Notes: generated by a model not told the origin, from the letters alone. 64,000 nucleotides of DNA from a virus (IMGVR_UViG_3300020056_002272:20662-84661); one strand, 5' to 3'. Shown: positions 32,157 through 42,939, counted from the first letter of the stretch. Made by a program: numbers and translations.

Positions 32157-32367
32157 TCTTAGTATTAGGGAATTGCAAAAAGAAAGTGCAAGGGCATTAA
32201 GCACAATGCAAGCAACTAATAATAATATTTGGCAATTCAATAAGAAAGCTCATCATAATAGTCATAAGTGGTATAAGGCCGTTATTGAATGGTATATAAA
32301 TGAATATGGAGATTTGCCAAGTAAAGTTGGACCGGGTAAGGATGTTAAGTTAGTATACGATGTATAA
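32143..32367 (+). CDS. Small hypothetical protein
   Basis: 74-aa ORF (TTG start) that fills the gap and overlaps both neighbours. Confidence 0.6.
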   Translation: MDTNNLSIRELQKESARALSTMQATNNNIWQFNKKAHHNSHKWYKAVIEWYINEYGDLPSKVGPGKDVKLVYDV

Positions 32368-33439
32368 GTATGAAGATATACGTGTAGTTCATTTAGAAAA
32401 TACACAAAATTGTCAGGCAAGTTGCCCAATGTGTGATCGTAATCAAAATGGCGGTGAAGTAAATCCACATATTGATTTAAGCGAACTAACACTTGAAGAT
32501 TGTAAACGTATATTCGAGCCTGAATTTATAAAACAGTTAAATACAATGTATATGTGCGGCAACTTAGGAGATCCTATTGTTGCACGAGATACACTAGAAA
32601 TATTTCGCTACTTTAGACAATACAATAATAATATGTGGCTGAGTATGAATACAAATGCGGGGGCAAGAGATGAATCGTGGTGGACGGAATTGGCCGAAAT
32701 ATTTGGCCGTATGGGTGCTGTTATTTTTAGTGTGGATGGGCTTAGAGATACTAATGATGCCTATAGACAGGGTGTATCTTGGGATTCCGTTAGACGATCA
32801 ATGACAAGTTTTATTGCAGCAGGCGGTAGAGCTCGCTGGGATTATTTAATCTTTGAGCACAATCAACATCAGGTTGAAGAAGCTAGACGGTTAAGTGAAG
32901 AATGGGGATTTGAAAAATTTGTAGCAAAAAAGACAGGAAGATTTGTTACAGCCACCAGTGAAAAGAAAGAATCCCATCAAGCAGTAAATCGTAAAGGCGA
33001 AAAAACTACACAGCTTAAAAAGCCTGTTGAAAAATATCAGAATGCAGCTATAAAACAATACGATAAAGTCAAAACAAAACATGGAACAATGGATGCATAT
33101 TATGACAGCGCAGAAATAAGTTGCAAAGTAAAAGATGAAGGAAGTCTTTTTATAACAGCAGAAGGACTAGCACTGCCATGTTGTTGGACCGCCGGGCGTA
33201 TGTATAAATGGTGGCATAAAGATCCTAAGGTTGAACAAGTTTGGAACTTTATTGATGACGTAGGCGGCAAAGATGCAATCAGTGCTAAAAAACATGGATT
33301 ACGTGCAGTATTTGACACAGGCATATTTGATAATATAGAACGCAGCTGGAACAAACCAAGTTGTGCAGATGGCAAGTTAAAAGTGTGTAGTATGAAGTGC
33401 GGTGCGGAGTTTGACCCTTTTGCAGCGCAGTTTAAATAA
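32360..33439 (+). CDS. Radical SAM protein with C-terminal SPASM/twitch domain
   Basis: CQASCPMC; FSVDG; C-terminal C...PCC...C..KC. Confidence 0.9.
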   Translation: MYKYEDIRVVHLENTQNCQASCPMCDRNQNGGEVNPHIDLSELTLEDCKRIFEPEFIKQLNTMYMCGNLGDPIVARDTLEIFRYFRQYNNNMWLSMNTNAGARDESWWTELAEIFGRMGAVIFSVDGLRDTNDAYRQGVSWDSVRRSMTSFIAAGGRARWDYLIFEHNQHQVEEARRLSEEWGFEKFVAKKTGRFVTATSEKKESHQAVNRKGEKTTQLKKPVEKYQNAAIKQYDKVKTKHGTMDAYYDSAEISCKVKDEGSLFITAEGLALPCCWTAGRMYKWWHKDPKVEQVWNFIDDVGGKDAISAKKHGLRAVFDTGIFDNIERSWNKPSCADGKLKVCSMKCGAEFDPFAAQFK

Positions 33440-34682
33440 GAGATTGCAATTCAGGAAATGTTTGCATAAAACTTGTTCCTCTTAAGTAATCAAATTTTTC
33501 TATGCTTTGTGTAAAACGTTTTTTATATATTTCAATTTTATCAGAAGGAATAGTATAATTTAAAAACTTTTTTATACTGTGCATTTTGTATGCCCAGGCA
33601 AAATCGTTCTTTTTATATTGCATACTATCTAAGATATTATTTGCTTTTTCAAATAAATCTTTATTTGTTTGTAGTATTCTGGCACTAAATGTAACCGGTT
33701 CGCTCCATTGACCTAGCACCAAATGATCGTCGGAATCTAATTCATATCTATAGAAATCGTATAACTCTTGCATATGCAATGCATTAAAAACATTATAACA
33801 TGTTTGTATATTGATTTCAACATTAGCAGATTTCAATCTATTATATGTGTGTTTCCATTTATCTTGTTTGAGTCCATACCTGATGTATTCTCCTCTTTCG
33901 CCGTGTAAGTCATGGCTGAGGGTAATGATAGCCTTTTTACCCCAGTTTGCCAAATATTGTTCAATTACATCTACGCTTTTGTATTTTGATATACTTCCAT
34001 TAGTATGGCTCCAAATACGAATGGTTTTATTTAACTGATTTTTAAGCAATACCTCTAGCAGTTCATGCACAGGTTCTTGCATAAATGGCTCGCCACCGTT
34101 TATATGTAGAGTTTGTATAGTATCTTTGTGCTGCAAGATGTAGTCAATAATTTTATCATTGTTGTTTTGCCATTCATTTATGACTTTGGTATCTTCTGGC
34201 TTGCCATGCAAAATATTATATGCACTTGAATATTTGCTAGCAATTGTGCTACTTAAATCGGCACTGCATCCCATACATGCAAAATTACATTTGTTGCTAT
34301 ATAAAATATCTAACCATACAGGTTTTTGTGAATGTATAAAACCGTTTGTGTCTGTATTTAATACAGCATCAGTAATTGTAGGGAGTCCTAGTCTATTGTT
34401 ATCATATCTTTCGTTAGCAATTTTACCTGTATTAGATTCTATGCCGGCACAATGCTTACATGCAGAATGAAATGTATTTTTAATTAAATTTTTCCTTATA
34501 TCTTGTGCTGTATTGCTATTAATTATTTCTTCTAAAGTTTTGTTTTCATCTAGATTACCAATTGCAGTAGGCGATGCACAACAAACTCGTATTTCATTAT
34601 ACTGACCTATATACACACTAGTAAAAGGCGCTGCACAAAATTTGTTTTGACCAATAATTTTCGGGTCTAAGAAGTTGCTCAT
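33432..34682 (-). CDS. Radical SAM protein with N-terminal twitch-like domain (inverted)
   Basis: FCAAPF..VCC..CKHC; CNFACMGC; NGGEP. Confidence 0.9.
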   Translation of the reverse strand: MSNFLDPKIIGQNKFCAAPFTSVYIGQYNEIRVCCASPTAIGNLDENKTLEEIINSNTAQDIRKNLIKNTFHSACKHCAGIESNTGKIANERYDNNRLGLPTITDAVLNTDTNGFIHSQKPVWLDILYSNKCNFACMGCSADLSSTIASKYSSAYNILHGKPEDTKVINEWQNNNDKIIDYILQHKDTIQTLHINGGEPFMQEPVHELLEVLLKNQLNKTIRIWSHTNGSISKYKSVDVIEQYLANWGKKAIITLSHDLHGERGEYIRYGLKQDKWKHTYNRLKSANVEINIQTCYNVFNALHMQELYDFYRYELDSDDHLVLGQWSEPVTFSARILQTNKDLFEKANNILDSMQYKKNDFAWAYKMHSIKKFLNYTIPSDKIEIYKKRFTQSIEKFDYLRGTSFMQTFPELQSLI

Positions 34683-34694
34683 AAATATATTTAT
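34681..34694. promoter_or_regulatory. Palindromic bidirectional late-type motif ATAAATATATTTAT
   Basis: A perfect 14-bp palindrome that places ATAAATA on both strands between two divergent radical SAM genes. Confidence 0.5.
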
Positions 34695-34708
34695 TAAATG
34701 CGTATATT

Positions 34709-35758
34709 ATGATAAAAAAAGTCGAACTAGAAATAACCAGTGATTGTAATGCTGCCTGTCCTGGCTGTGCAAGAACACTTAATAAAGATTTACTGAGAAT
34801 ACAAAGTTTTTCGCTGCAAGATTTGCAGAGGATATTTCCTGCTGACAGTTATGCAGGTGTTGAATTTAAATTTTGCGGAGTTCTCGGTGATCCTATAGTC
34901 AATCCAGATTGCCTTGAAATGACTCGTTATTTGGTTGACAAAGGCGGATATGTAGAATTTAGCACAAATGGGGGATATAATACAGCCGATTGGTGGCAAC
35001 AATTAGGAAATATTGCAACACAATACCCAGGCTTATTACATATCCATTTTTGCATAGATGGCCATGCAGAAACCAATCATATATATCGTGTAAATACCAA
35101 ATGGAATATAATAGAGCGAAACATAGAGGCTTTTTCAAAGTCGGCTCCTGCCCAACATGCAACATGGATTTATATTATATTTGACCATAACGAGCATGAA
35201 TTAGAAAATGCAAAAAAACATGCAAACAAATTGCAATTTCATTTTGCTACTCGCACAGGTATGCGTAACAGTTACCATCAGTGGATTTCGCAGATAGGAA
35301 AAAAGAATGACAAAATTACAAAAAAAATTACCACAACCGGAAATAAAGAACACAGTAAAAAATCCGTAGTAAAAGATCTAGATAAATTCATTCAGCAATA
35401 TAAAAGCAGTAAAGTTGACAAAATACAAACAGAAAATATTATAAATTCTATTGTATGTAAATACATACACGAAGGCGAGATTTTTATTGCTAGCGACCAG
35501 ACTATGTGGCCTTGTTGTTTTTTATGGGATAGTGCATTTAAAAACAAAGAAGACATTGTTACTAAATTAAATAATTTCGAACCTAATTGGAATAGTCTAA
35601 AGCATTATAGTATTGATGAAATAAGACAGCACCCTTGGTTTGCCAAACTTTTATCTGCTAGTTGGGATCCTAATCATGAACTGCATTTTACAAGATGTGT
35701 AAGGACCTGTGCAAAAAACAAAGCCTATCATAACGAAATAAACTACGTAGATAATTAG
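34709..35758 (+). CDS. Radical SAM protein with C-terminal SPASM/twitch domain
   Basis: CNAACPGC; FCIDG; FDHNEHE; WPCC..CVRTC. Confidence 0.9.
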   Translation: MIKKVELEITSDCNAACPGCARTLNKDLLRIQSFSLQDLQRIFPADSYAGVEFKFCGVLGDPIVNPDCLEMTRYLVDKGGYVEFSTNGGYNTADWWQQLGNIATQYPGLLHIHFCIDGHAETNHIYRVNTKWNIIERNIEAFSKSAPAQHATWIYIIFDHNEHELENAKKHANKLQFHFATRTGMRNSYHQWISQIGKKNDKITKKITTTGNKEHSKKSVVKDLDKFIQQYKSSKVDKIQTENIINSIVCKYIHEGEIFIASDQTMWPCCFLWDSAFKNKEDIVTKLNNFEPNWNSLKHYSIDEIRQHPWFAKLLSASWDPNHELHFTRCVRTCAKNKAYHNEINYVDN

Positions 35759-35770
35759 GTAAGTAATATT

Positions 35771-37165
35771 ATGAGCAGAGTTAGCGACACATTTTGCATT
35801 TTACCCTGGGTGCATTTAAGCACAAGGCCTGATGGAAGTATGCGGGTTTGTTGCACAGCAAATGCAAGCAGCGTCGGCCCTACAAACGATAAAGAACATG
35901 GTGGACAAGTTGGTATTCTTAAGACTGATGACGGCAAGCCAAACAATCTTAATGTAACAGATTTTCAAACTGCATGGAATAGCAAGTATATGAAAAATGT
36001 GCGCAAGCAAATGATGAATGGCGAAAAGCCTCCTAGTTGTTTGAAGTGCTACAAAGAAGAAGCAGCAGGCCATAATTCAAAACGCATGTGGGAAACTGCC
36101 TATTGGAGCCAGCGCACTGATGTAGACGAGCTTATTGCAAATACAACAGAGGATGGCGAAGTTCCACCTAATCTGGCATATATAGATTTGCGTTTCGGAA
36201 CAAAATGTCAACTGGCATGTGTGATGTGTAGTCCACATGATAGTTCAGGCTGGATCAAAGACTACAAAAAGATTTTTCCCTCTGTGCAGAATGAAAGTCT
36301 AAAAGAGACAATGCAATGGCAAGACAAAGGCAGCACAAACGGCAGTAGTTATAATTGGCACAAACAGAACCCTATGTTCTGGAATCAGTTTTATGAGCAG
36401 ATGCCAAGTATGCAGCAAATTTATTTTGCAGGCGGCGAAAGCCTAATTATAGAGGAACATTATGAAATACTTGAACATGCAATTAAAATGGGATATGCAA
36501 AAGATCTGGAAATTCGATATAACAGTAACGGAGTTGAGTGGAGAGAAGATTTATTTGATTTATGGAAAGAATTTAAACTTGTAAGGTTTCATTATAGTGT
36601 AGATAGCATACACGAGATGAATGACTATATACGTTACCCAAGTAAATGGAAACGCACAGAAGAAGTATTTCATAAATTAGACAAAGAAACAAGCAATAAT
36701 GTTGAGATTACCATTGCATGTGCAGTGCAAGCACTGAACATATATTACTTGCCAGATTTTATCAAATGGAAACTAGAACAAAAATTTAGTAAAATAAACA
36801 TGTGGCCTTTTGGTGCAGGAGGCATAAATTATCATTTTGTTTACCATCCACCGCACTTAAATGTAAAAGTGTTACCCGAATGGTTCAAAGCAAAAGTGCG
36901 TAAAAAGTATGAAGAGTTTTATCCTTGGTGGCAAGAAAACTGGGAGTTGGGTATTCCTAGTTGGCACAAAGGCAAAATAACCAAAGAAATGTTTGATGCT
37001 GCACCTTATGGTATAAAACGATTAAAAGGTATGTTATCATTCATGGAAAGCGAAGACTGGAGTATACGATTGCCTGAAATGAAAGAGTTTTTAGATTTAT
37101 GTGACAAACAGCGTGGTATAACTTTTGACGAAACTTTTCCTGAAATGAAGGATATATTCAAATGA
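35771..37165 (+). CDS. Radical SAM protein with N-terminal twitch-like domain
   Basis: FCILPW..VCC..CLKC; CQLACVMC; FAGGE. Confidence 0.9.
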   Translation: MSRVSDTFCILPWVHLSTRPDGSMRVCCTANASSVGPTNDKEHGGQVGILKTDDGKPNNLNVTDFQTAWNSKYMKNVRKQMMNGEKPPSCLKCYKEEAAGHNSKRMWETAYWSQRTDVDELIANTTEDGEVPPNLAYIDLRFGTKCQLACVMCSPHDSSGWIKDYKKIFPSVQNESLKETMQWQDKGSTNGSSYNWHKQNPMFWNQFYEQMPSMQQIYFAGGESLIIEEHYEILEHAIKMGYAKDLEIRYNSNGVEWREDLFDLWKEFKLVRFHYSVDSIHEMNDYIRYPSKWKRTEEVFHKLDKETSNNVEITIACAVQALNIYYLPDFIKWKLEQKFSKINMWPFGAGGINYHFVYHPPHLNVKVLPEWFKAKVRKKYEEFYPWWQENWELGIPSWHKGKITKEMFDAAPYGIKRLKGMLSFMESEDWSIRLPEMKEFLDLCDKQRGITFDETFPEMKDIFK

Positions 37166-37779
37166 AAATAGCAATATTTGGTTGTAGTTATACACACGGT
37201 GTTCCAGAAATAGATAATGGAATATCTTGGGTAAAAATACTCAGCACAAAATATCCAAATATACAATTCGATAATTATGCCTTTATGGGCTCTAGTGTTT
37301 TGTTCCAAATTAATTTGTTTAGGCAATTAAAATTTAAATATGATAAAATTATTTTTCAAATAACCACTCCTGGTAGAATCACTTATTGGCTATCGGATAA
37401 AAAAGAGTTTTTAAACAATAGGACAATTATTAACAATTATTCTTATTTTAATTACAGCTTAGAGGATATACAAGTTGTCACTCCGGCTATTTTAAATCAA
37501 TTTAAATTATCGTCACCTTTTTGGAAAACAGATAAAGGTAAAAGACAATATGCACAGCTACATTATGGTAAGCTAAACCATGAATTAATTGATTGCGAAC
37601 ATGAGATTTATCAAGATTATGTCAAAGCAAATACAGATTTTTGTTTTACCCAAAAAAATATTGTAGAAGAGTGTAACAAAGATTTTAAAAAAGACTGGGC
37701 CGGTCATTTTTATACAGATGGACATAAATGGCAGGCTGATTGGGTAGAAAGCCATTGCAAAGAAAAGGGCATATTATAA
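37162..37779 (+). CDS. SGNH/GDSL-like hydrolase or acyltransferase
   Basis: N-terminal IFGCSYTHG (block I-like), N.A..GSS, C-terminal D..GH...GH. Confidence 0.55.
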   Translation: MKIAIFGCSYTHGVPEIDNGISWVKILSTKYPNIQFDNYAFMGSSVLFQINLFRQLKFKYDKIIFQITTPGRITYWLSDKKEFLNNRTIINNYSYFNYSLEDIQVVTPAILNQFKLSSPFWKTDKGKRQYAQLHYGKLNHELIDCEHEIYQDYVKANTDFCFTQKNIVEECNKDFKKDWAGHFYTDGHKWQADWVESHCKEKGIL

Positions 37780-38630
37780 TGTTTGAGCTTGGAAACGGAA
37801 TAGATATATCAGCTGTAAAAAGCAAACGCTTTGGCCAAGTTATGGAGTTCTATAATCGTATAGGATTTTTTGATCGATTTCCCCATTTTACAGTAAATGG
37901 ATTTCCAATATACTTTGACATTACTAAAAAAAGAATTGGTATAAATTTAAGTTCGGGAGCAGATAGCACCTTGTTAGCATACTTGCTTTGCGAAGCTATC
38001 AAAAAAACAGATTGTGATATAAAAATATTTCCTATTACATTTGCACGCCACTGGGAACATAATAAATGGAACGAAGATGCTAAAACAGCAGTGTATGAAG
38101 ATCTTGCAGAGAGATATCCGCAGATTATACAACCTCAACTTTGGACAATGTTGCCAACTGCATATGAGTTTACACCTGTTAGCATGTTAATGTTCAACGA
38201 TGATTATACAAAACCAAGAGAATTAATTGAAATGGATGCAAAAATAGAATTGTTTCATTTTATGGAGTATAATACCTGGGCAGCAAGACATTATGAATTA
38301 GGAGTAATGTATAATGGTAGTAATGTTGTGCCTGAAGTAGAACTTTCGTCTATGCCTGTTCATAGAAAACACGAAACTTTGACAGCAGGTGATCAGCTAG
38401 AGGTAGTTGCGCCAATTGAAAAGTTTGGTGCAAATTTTGTGCAGGCAAATCCTTTTGGTTTGATTGAAAAGGATTGGGTTATTGCACATTATGATTATTT
38501 CGGTATCACAGATTTATTAGAAAAAACAGTGAGTTGCGAAGCAACACTTCATGGTTGCGGAGCATGTTTTCATTGTGATGAAAGGGCTTGGGCTATAAAA
38601 AATAAAAATAGGATTTTAGATGCATTATGA
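37779..38630 (+). CDS. QueC-like PP-loop ATPase (paralog 1)
   Basis: Start reassigned to ATG37779 (TAATG). LSSGADS PP-loop and a C-terminal SC....CGACFHC Zn motif. Confidence 0.7.
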   Translation: MFELGNGIDISAVKSKRFGQVMEFYNRIGFFDRFPHFTVNGFPIYFDITKKRIGINLSSGADSTLLAYLLCEAIKKTDCDIKIFPITFARHWEHNKWNEDAKTAVYEDLAERYPQIIQPQLWTMLPTAYEFTPVSMLMFNDDYTKPRELIEMDAKIELFHFMEYNTWAARHYELGVMYNGSNVVPEVELSSMPVHRKHETLTAGDQLEVVAPIEKFGANFVQANPFGLIEKDWVIAHYDYFGITDLLEKTVSCEATLHGCGACFHCDERAWAIKNKNRILDAL

Positions 38631-39199
38631 ACTCCAGCATTGTAACTGTCAATCTATATAGCGGTAGGAAATTACACGAATATTATAATCCGCATACTTG
38701 GGATACTTTCTGGAATACAATTAAACATTTAAAATATGCTGACAAAGTTCATTTAGTATGTTATATTGGTATTGTGCAATTAATGGAATTATCTGATTTA
38801 GTCAAAGCAGTAATAGATTTGGAGTGTGATACAGTGCAGTTTGTAATATTAGAAAAGGAACAAAATCCTGCATTGTTATATGAAAAATTTGAGTCACATG
38901 TCAACGGAGAAATTGCGATTGCAAAAAATATTGTAAAAAAATTTACAAACAAACGCTATCAAAATTTTAATGAAACAAAATTATTAAACACATATAACAA
39001 TAATACTTGGGATGATGTTGTAGCACTTAAAAATTTATTAATAAGTTTAGAAGAATTATTCCAAAATCCTGTAAAAAACAGTGACGAATATTGGAGACAA
39101 TTCACAGATATGTTAGTAAGCAATTTAGAAACTAAAAATATAAACGATTATGTAGATAGTTATAAACTAGTTGGAGGCGAAATATATTCAAATGTTTGA
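38627..39199 (+). CDS. Hypothetical protein
   Basis: 190-aa ORF with an ATGA overlap. Confidence 0.7.
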   Translation: MNSSIVTVNLYSGRKLHEYYNPHTWDTFWNTIKHLKYADKVHLVCYIGIVQLMELSDLVKAVIDLECDTVQFVILEKEQNPALLYEKFESHVNGEIAIAKNIVKKFTNKRYQNFNETKLLNTYNNNTWDDVVALKNLLISLEELFQNPVKNSDEYWRQFTDMLVSNLETKNINDYVDSYKLVGGEIYSNV

Positions 39200-40016
39200 A
39201 CAAAACAATAAACTATATGACAAATTGCACAAAGATTTGATACGAACAAATATAAATGGATTAGACATAATGTTTGATTCAAAATGGAAGCGTATTGGCG
39301 TAAATTTGAGCGGCGGCGCTGATAGTTGTTTGCTTACTTATTTGCTCTGTAAAATTATATCGGATAATAATTTAGATACAAAGATTGATGTAATTACATA
39401 TCAACGATGTTGGGAAACTAGACCATGGCAAGGGTATGTAAGTTTAGAAGTTTATAATTATCTATGTAATTTATTCCCAAATATATTAGCAAATAGATAT
39501 ACTACTTTTATACCTCCAGAATTGGAACACGGTGCTATTGGTCCTATAATAAACGGCAGAAGTGTGGACCAAGTAATTGTTGGTAGTTTTAATAAATTTG
39601 CATCATGGAATTATAACTTAGATGCAGTTTTTAATGCAACTAGTAAAAATCCAGATGATACTCGCAGTGATCGTATGCAAAATAGAGATAAAGATGCAGC
39701 AGACGGAAAGCTAATAGACTTGTGGATTTATGCAAATAAACTTAATACAGTATTTGCTCATCCTTTTAGATTTGTAAAAAAAGATTGGATTGTAGCTCAG
39801 TATCATATTTTTGAGATTTTAGATTTATATAATACAACACGCAGTTGTGAAGGAGATATAAATCATAATCATGCAGTATCTGATGTTTGCAAGGATTTTA
39901 CAGAATATTCAGACGGTATGCATATTCCAATATGTAACGAATGTTGGTGGTGCGAAGAAAGAACCTGGGCAGAATCGCAAGTTGAAAATGTAATTAAGGA
40001 AATATATGAGCTTTGA
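39192..40016 (+). CDS. QueC-like PP-loop ATPase (paralog 2)
   Basis: LSGGADS PP-loop; TRSCE...CNECWWC Zn motif. Start is ATG39192 or TTG39171. Confidence 0.7.
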   Translation: MFEQNNKLYDKLHKDLIRTNINGLDIMFDSKWKRIGVNLSGGADSCLLTYLLCKIISDNNLDTKIDVITYQRCWETRPWQGYVSLEVYNYLCNLFPNILANRYTTFIPPELEHGAIGPIINGRSVDQVIVGSFNKFASWNYNLDAVFNATSKNPDDTRSDRMQNRDKDAADGKLIDLWIYANKLNTVFAHPFRFVKKDWIVAQYHIFEILDLYNTTRSCEGDINHNHAVSDVCKDFTEYSDGMHIPICNECWWCEERTWAESQVENVIKEIYEL

Positions 40017-41181
40017 TACAATAGATTTACTTACCGGAAAGGTATTTCAAGTAACTTGGGACACAGGCAGACGCTGTAATTATGATTGCAGTTATTGTCC
40101 TGCGCATAGGCATGACAATTTTAGTAAACATGCTACACTTGAAGAACTTAAAAATAATGTTGATTTTCTATTTGAATATGTAGATTTGCATATGAACTAT
40201 CTAAAGATAAAAAAAGCAAGTTTTGGTTTTACAGGTGGCGAGCCCACAGTAAATCCAAACTTTATTCCATTCGCACAGTATTTAAAACAGCAGTATGAAG
40301 AAAAATATTCAGATAGTTGGTATGCAGGTTTCGCTCTTACTACTAATGGCGCAATGAGTGAAAAGATGGGCCAAGCAGTAATGGAAAATTTTGGACATGC
40401 TACTGTAAGTTATCATGCCGAAAGCGATAACAAACTGAAACAACAGGTTAAGGACCGTATAAAACAATTTTATTTACAAGGTCCATCACACGAATTTACT
40501 GTAAGTGTCAATGTAATGTTTCATGCTGCTTACTTTGACGAGTGTAAAGAGTTGTGTGATTATTTGCATGAGCTTGGAGTTAGCTACGTTCCTAGAATTA
40601 TAGGAGAAGAGCCAGATAGTAAAAGTAATTTTGCTCATCAATATACTGATGAACAATTAGATTACATGAAAAATTATTGGAAATACAAAAATGAAAAGTT
40701 AAATGAAACAGCTGAGGAAACAAATATTTTAAGTGCGGCAGGAAAAAAGACATCAGAAGGTAAAAAACTAGGATTAACAATAGGACGTCCGTGTTGCGGA
40801 AGTAGAGAAATGTGTCTTAGCAAAGATGGGGAAAGTAGAAATGCTACTTTTGTAGACTTTAGAGAATTCAAGGGCTGGAATTGCAGTGTAAACTGGTTCT
40901 TCCTACATTTAGAACAACAAACAGATAGCATTTACCATCATCAAACCTGTCAAGCTCGGTTTGATAAAACTAGAGGACCTATTGGTAAAATTAGTGAAGG
41001 TAAAAAATTAGTAGAAGATTTACGTAAAAAAATGGAATCCGGAACTTTGCCAACTGTTATTTGTCCGAAACAAACATGCGGTTGTGGACTGTGTGCTCCA
41101 AAAAGTTTATACAAAGATAAATTTTTAGAAGTTTTAGGAAATCATTTAGATTTAGGAGTGTTAGATGATTATAACAGGTAA
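40006..41181 (+). CDS. Radical SAM protein
   Basis: CNYDCSYC; FTGGEP; Cys-rich C-terminus (FKGWNC, CPKQTCGCGLC). Confidence 0.9.
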   Translation: MSFDTIDLLTGKVFQVTWDTGRRCNYDCSYCPAHRHDNFSKHATLEELKNNVDFLFEYVDLHMNYLKIKKASFGFTGGEPTVNPNFIPFAQYLKQQYEEKYSDSWYAGFALTTNGAMSEKMGQAVMENFGHATVSYHAESDNKLKQQVKDRIKQFYLQGPSHEFTVSVNVMFHAAYFDECKELCDYLHELGVSYVPRIIGEEPDSKSNFAHQYTDEQLDYMKNYWKYKNEKLNETAEETNILSAAGKKTSEGKKLGLTIGRPCCGSREMCLSKDGESRNATFVDFREFKGWNCSVNWFFLHLEQQTDSIYHHQTCQARFDKTRGPIGKISEGKKLVEDLRKKMESGTLPTVICPKQTCGCGLCAPKSLYKDKFLEVLGNHLDLGVLDDYNR

Positions 41182-41719
41182 CAAGACAGAAGGCGTTGCC
41201 GGCGCTTTAGCAAAATTATATCCTGATGCTGAATTTTGCAGTAGACAAAACGGGTTTGATTTCGGACGTAAAGCCGACCAAGAAAGGCTTGCTGACCTTG
41301 TGTGTCATCATGATATATTTGTAAATTGTGCTGCTTTGTTTAAATTTAATCAGACTACGCTTTTAAACATAGTATATCACAAATGTGTGTTAGAAAAGCA
41401 TAATTGTCACATAATAAATATAGGCAGCACAACGGATCGTGTTAAAAAAGGTGGCGCATGGTTGTATAATGCTGAAAAGAAAGCATTACAAGATTATTCA
41501 AATACATTAGGCTTGACAGGTGTTTGGGCAAGTGGACCAAAAGTAAGTTACATTAGTTTTGGAACATTGAGTAACAATGCAGAAAAGCATCCTGAGCGAA
41601 AATTACTAGATATTGACAAAGCAGCACAATATATAAAATGGATAGTTGAACAACCAAAAGATTTAGTAATTAATGAGCTAAGTATAGATCCTATGCAACC
41701 GGAGTTTTGGCACAAATGA
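41165..41719 (+). CDS. Short-chain dehydrogenase/reductase (compact)
   Basis: IITG...G Rossmann start, FVNCA, INIGS, YNAEK (YxxxK). Confidence 0.75.
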   Translation: MIITGNKTEGVAGALAKLYPDAEFCSRQNGFDFGRKADQERLADLVCHHDIFVNCAALFKFNQTTLLNIVYHKCVLEKHNCHIINIGSTTDRVKKGGAWLYNAEKKALQDYSNTLGLTGVWASGPKVSYISFGTLSNNAEKHPERKLLDIDKAAQYIKWIVEQPKDLVINELSIDPMQPEFWHK

Positions 41720-42939
41720 ATGACATAGACAAGGTATACTGCCCATTGCCCTTTAGGGCATTAGCATTTAAAGAATTTATAAATGGAAAATTATCAGGTG
41801 CTACGCCTTGCTGTATGATGCTTAACACGCTAGATGACGGATTTGAAGATACAACTAAAAGATTTGAAATACCTAATGTAGAAAATTTAACACCAGATGA
41901 AATTTTCAATAGCGAACGTATGAAAGAACTGCGACAAAACATACTTAATGGTAAAAGAGATTCGGCCTGTAAGGTATGTTGGCAAGCAGAAGACAGAGGC
42001 GTTAAAAGTTATAGAGAATATATGAAGGCCGATGAGGTAAATTTTGAACCTAAATTACGAGAAATAGATCTAAGTATTAGTAATGTTTGTAATTTAGCAT
42101 GTAGAATGTGTGCTCCTACAAATAGCAACTTGTTACAAAAAGATCATAAGTTTTTTAAAGACAATGGTAAGTATGGAGAAATATTAAAAGCAACAAATGG
42201 ACGTTGGTATACTAGTTTTCCATATGATGGCGCAAAATCAAAGCAATGGCACTGGATTGTTGAAAATATACAACACTTAGAAACATTAAAAATGTCAGGC
42301 GGCGAGCCATTTTACGATAGAAAAGTAATAGATCTTTTACAAATGTGTGTTGACAAAGGCTATGCAAAAGATATTTCGCTAGAATTTCACACCAATACTA
42401 TTTGTTTTGACGATAAAATTATTGGATTATTAAAAGAATTTAAAAATAGACACACTTTTAGTATAGACGGAGTTGGAAAAGTATATGAATACATCAGGCA
42501 TCCAGCAACATTTGAGCAGCTTGATGCAAGTTTACAATTATATGTCAAACACATGCCTCAAAAAATGTTGCACATAAATTATGTTGTTTCTATACTTAAT
42601 GTTTTTAGCACAATTGATTTTTTAGACTACATGGAAAGTTTAAATGTTGAATATCATGTGTTTTTCAGCGAGGTATTTCCTAATACCAGAGGCACAGGGT
42701 TGCGGCATTTAAGTTATGATTTACTTGAGCAAGCACACTGCCTTGTTTTAGACAATTTTGACAAATATGGCAAAGAAACTATGGTAAGATTAGAACAAGT
42801 TGTTAAAAATGCAAAAGAAAAATGCAATACAAACCAATCTCTGGCATTAAAAGAGGTAAAATTATTTGATGAAAGTCGTAATCAGTCTTATGAAGATTAT
42901 TTGGATAAAAGAATTTGCGAGTGGTTGAATGGAAAATAA
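41716..42939 (+). CDS. Radical SAM protein with N-terminal twitch-like domain
   Basis: YCPLPF..PCC..CKVC; CNLACRMC; SGGEP. Start taken as ATG41716 (ATGA overlap). Confidence 0.9.
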   Translation: MNDIDKVYCPLPFRALAFKEFINGKLSGATPCCMMLNTLDDGFEDTTKRFEIPNVENLTPDEIFNSERMKELRQNILNGKRDSACKVCWQAEDRGVKSYREYMKADEVNFEPKLREIDLSISNVCNLACRMCAPTNSNLLQKDHKFFKDNGKYGEILKATNGRWYTSFPYDGAKSKQWHWIVENIQHLETLKMSGGEPFYDRKVIDLLQMCVDKGYAKDISLEFHTNTICFDDKIIGLLKEFKNRHTFSIDGVGKVYEYIRHPATFEQLDASLQLYVKHMPQKMLHINYVVSILNVFSTIDFLDYMESLNVEYHVFFSEVFPNTRGTGLRHLSYDLLEQAHCLVLDNFDKYGKETMVRLEQVVKNAKEKCNTNQSLALKEVKLFDESRNQSYEDYLDKRICEWLNGK

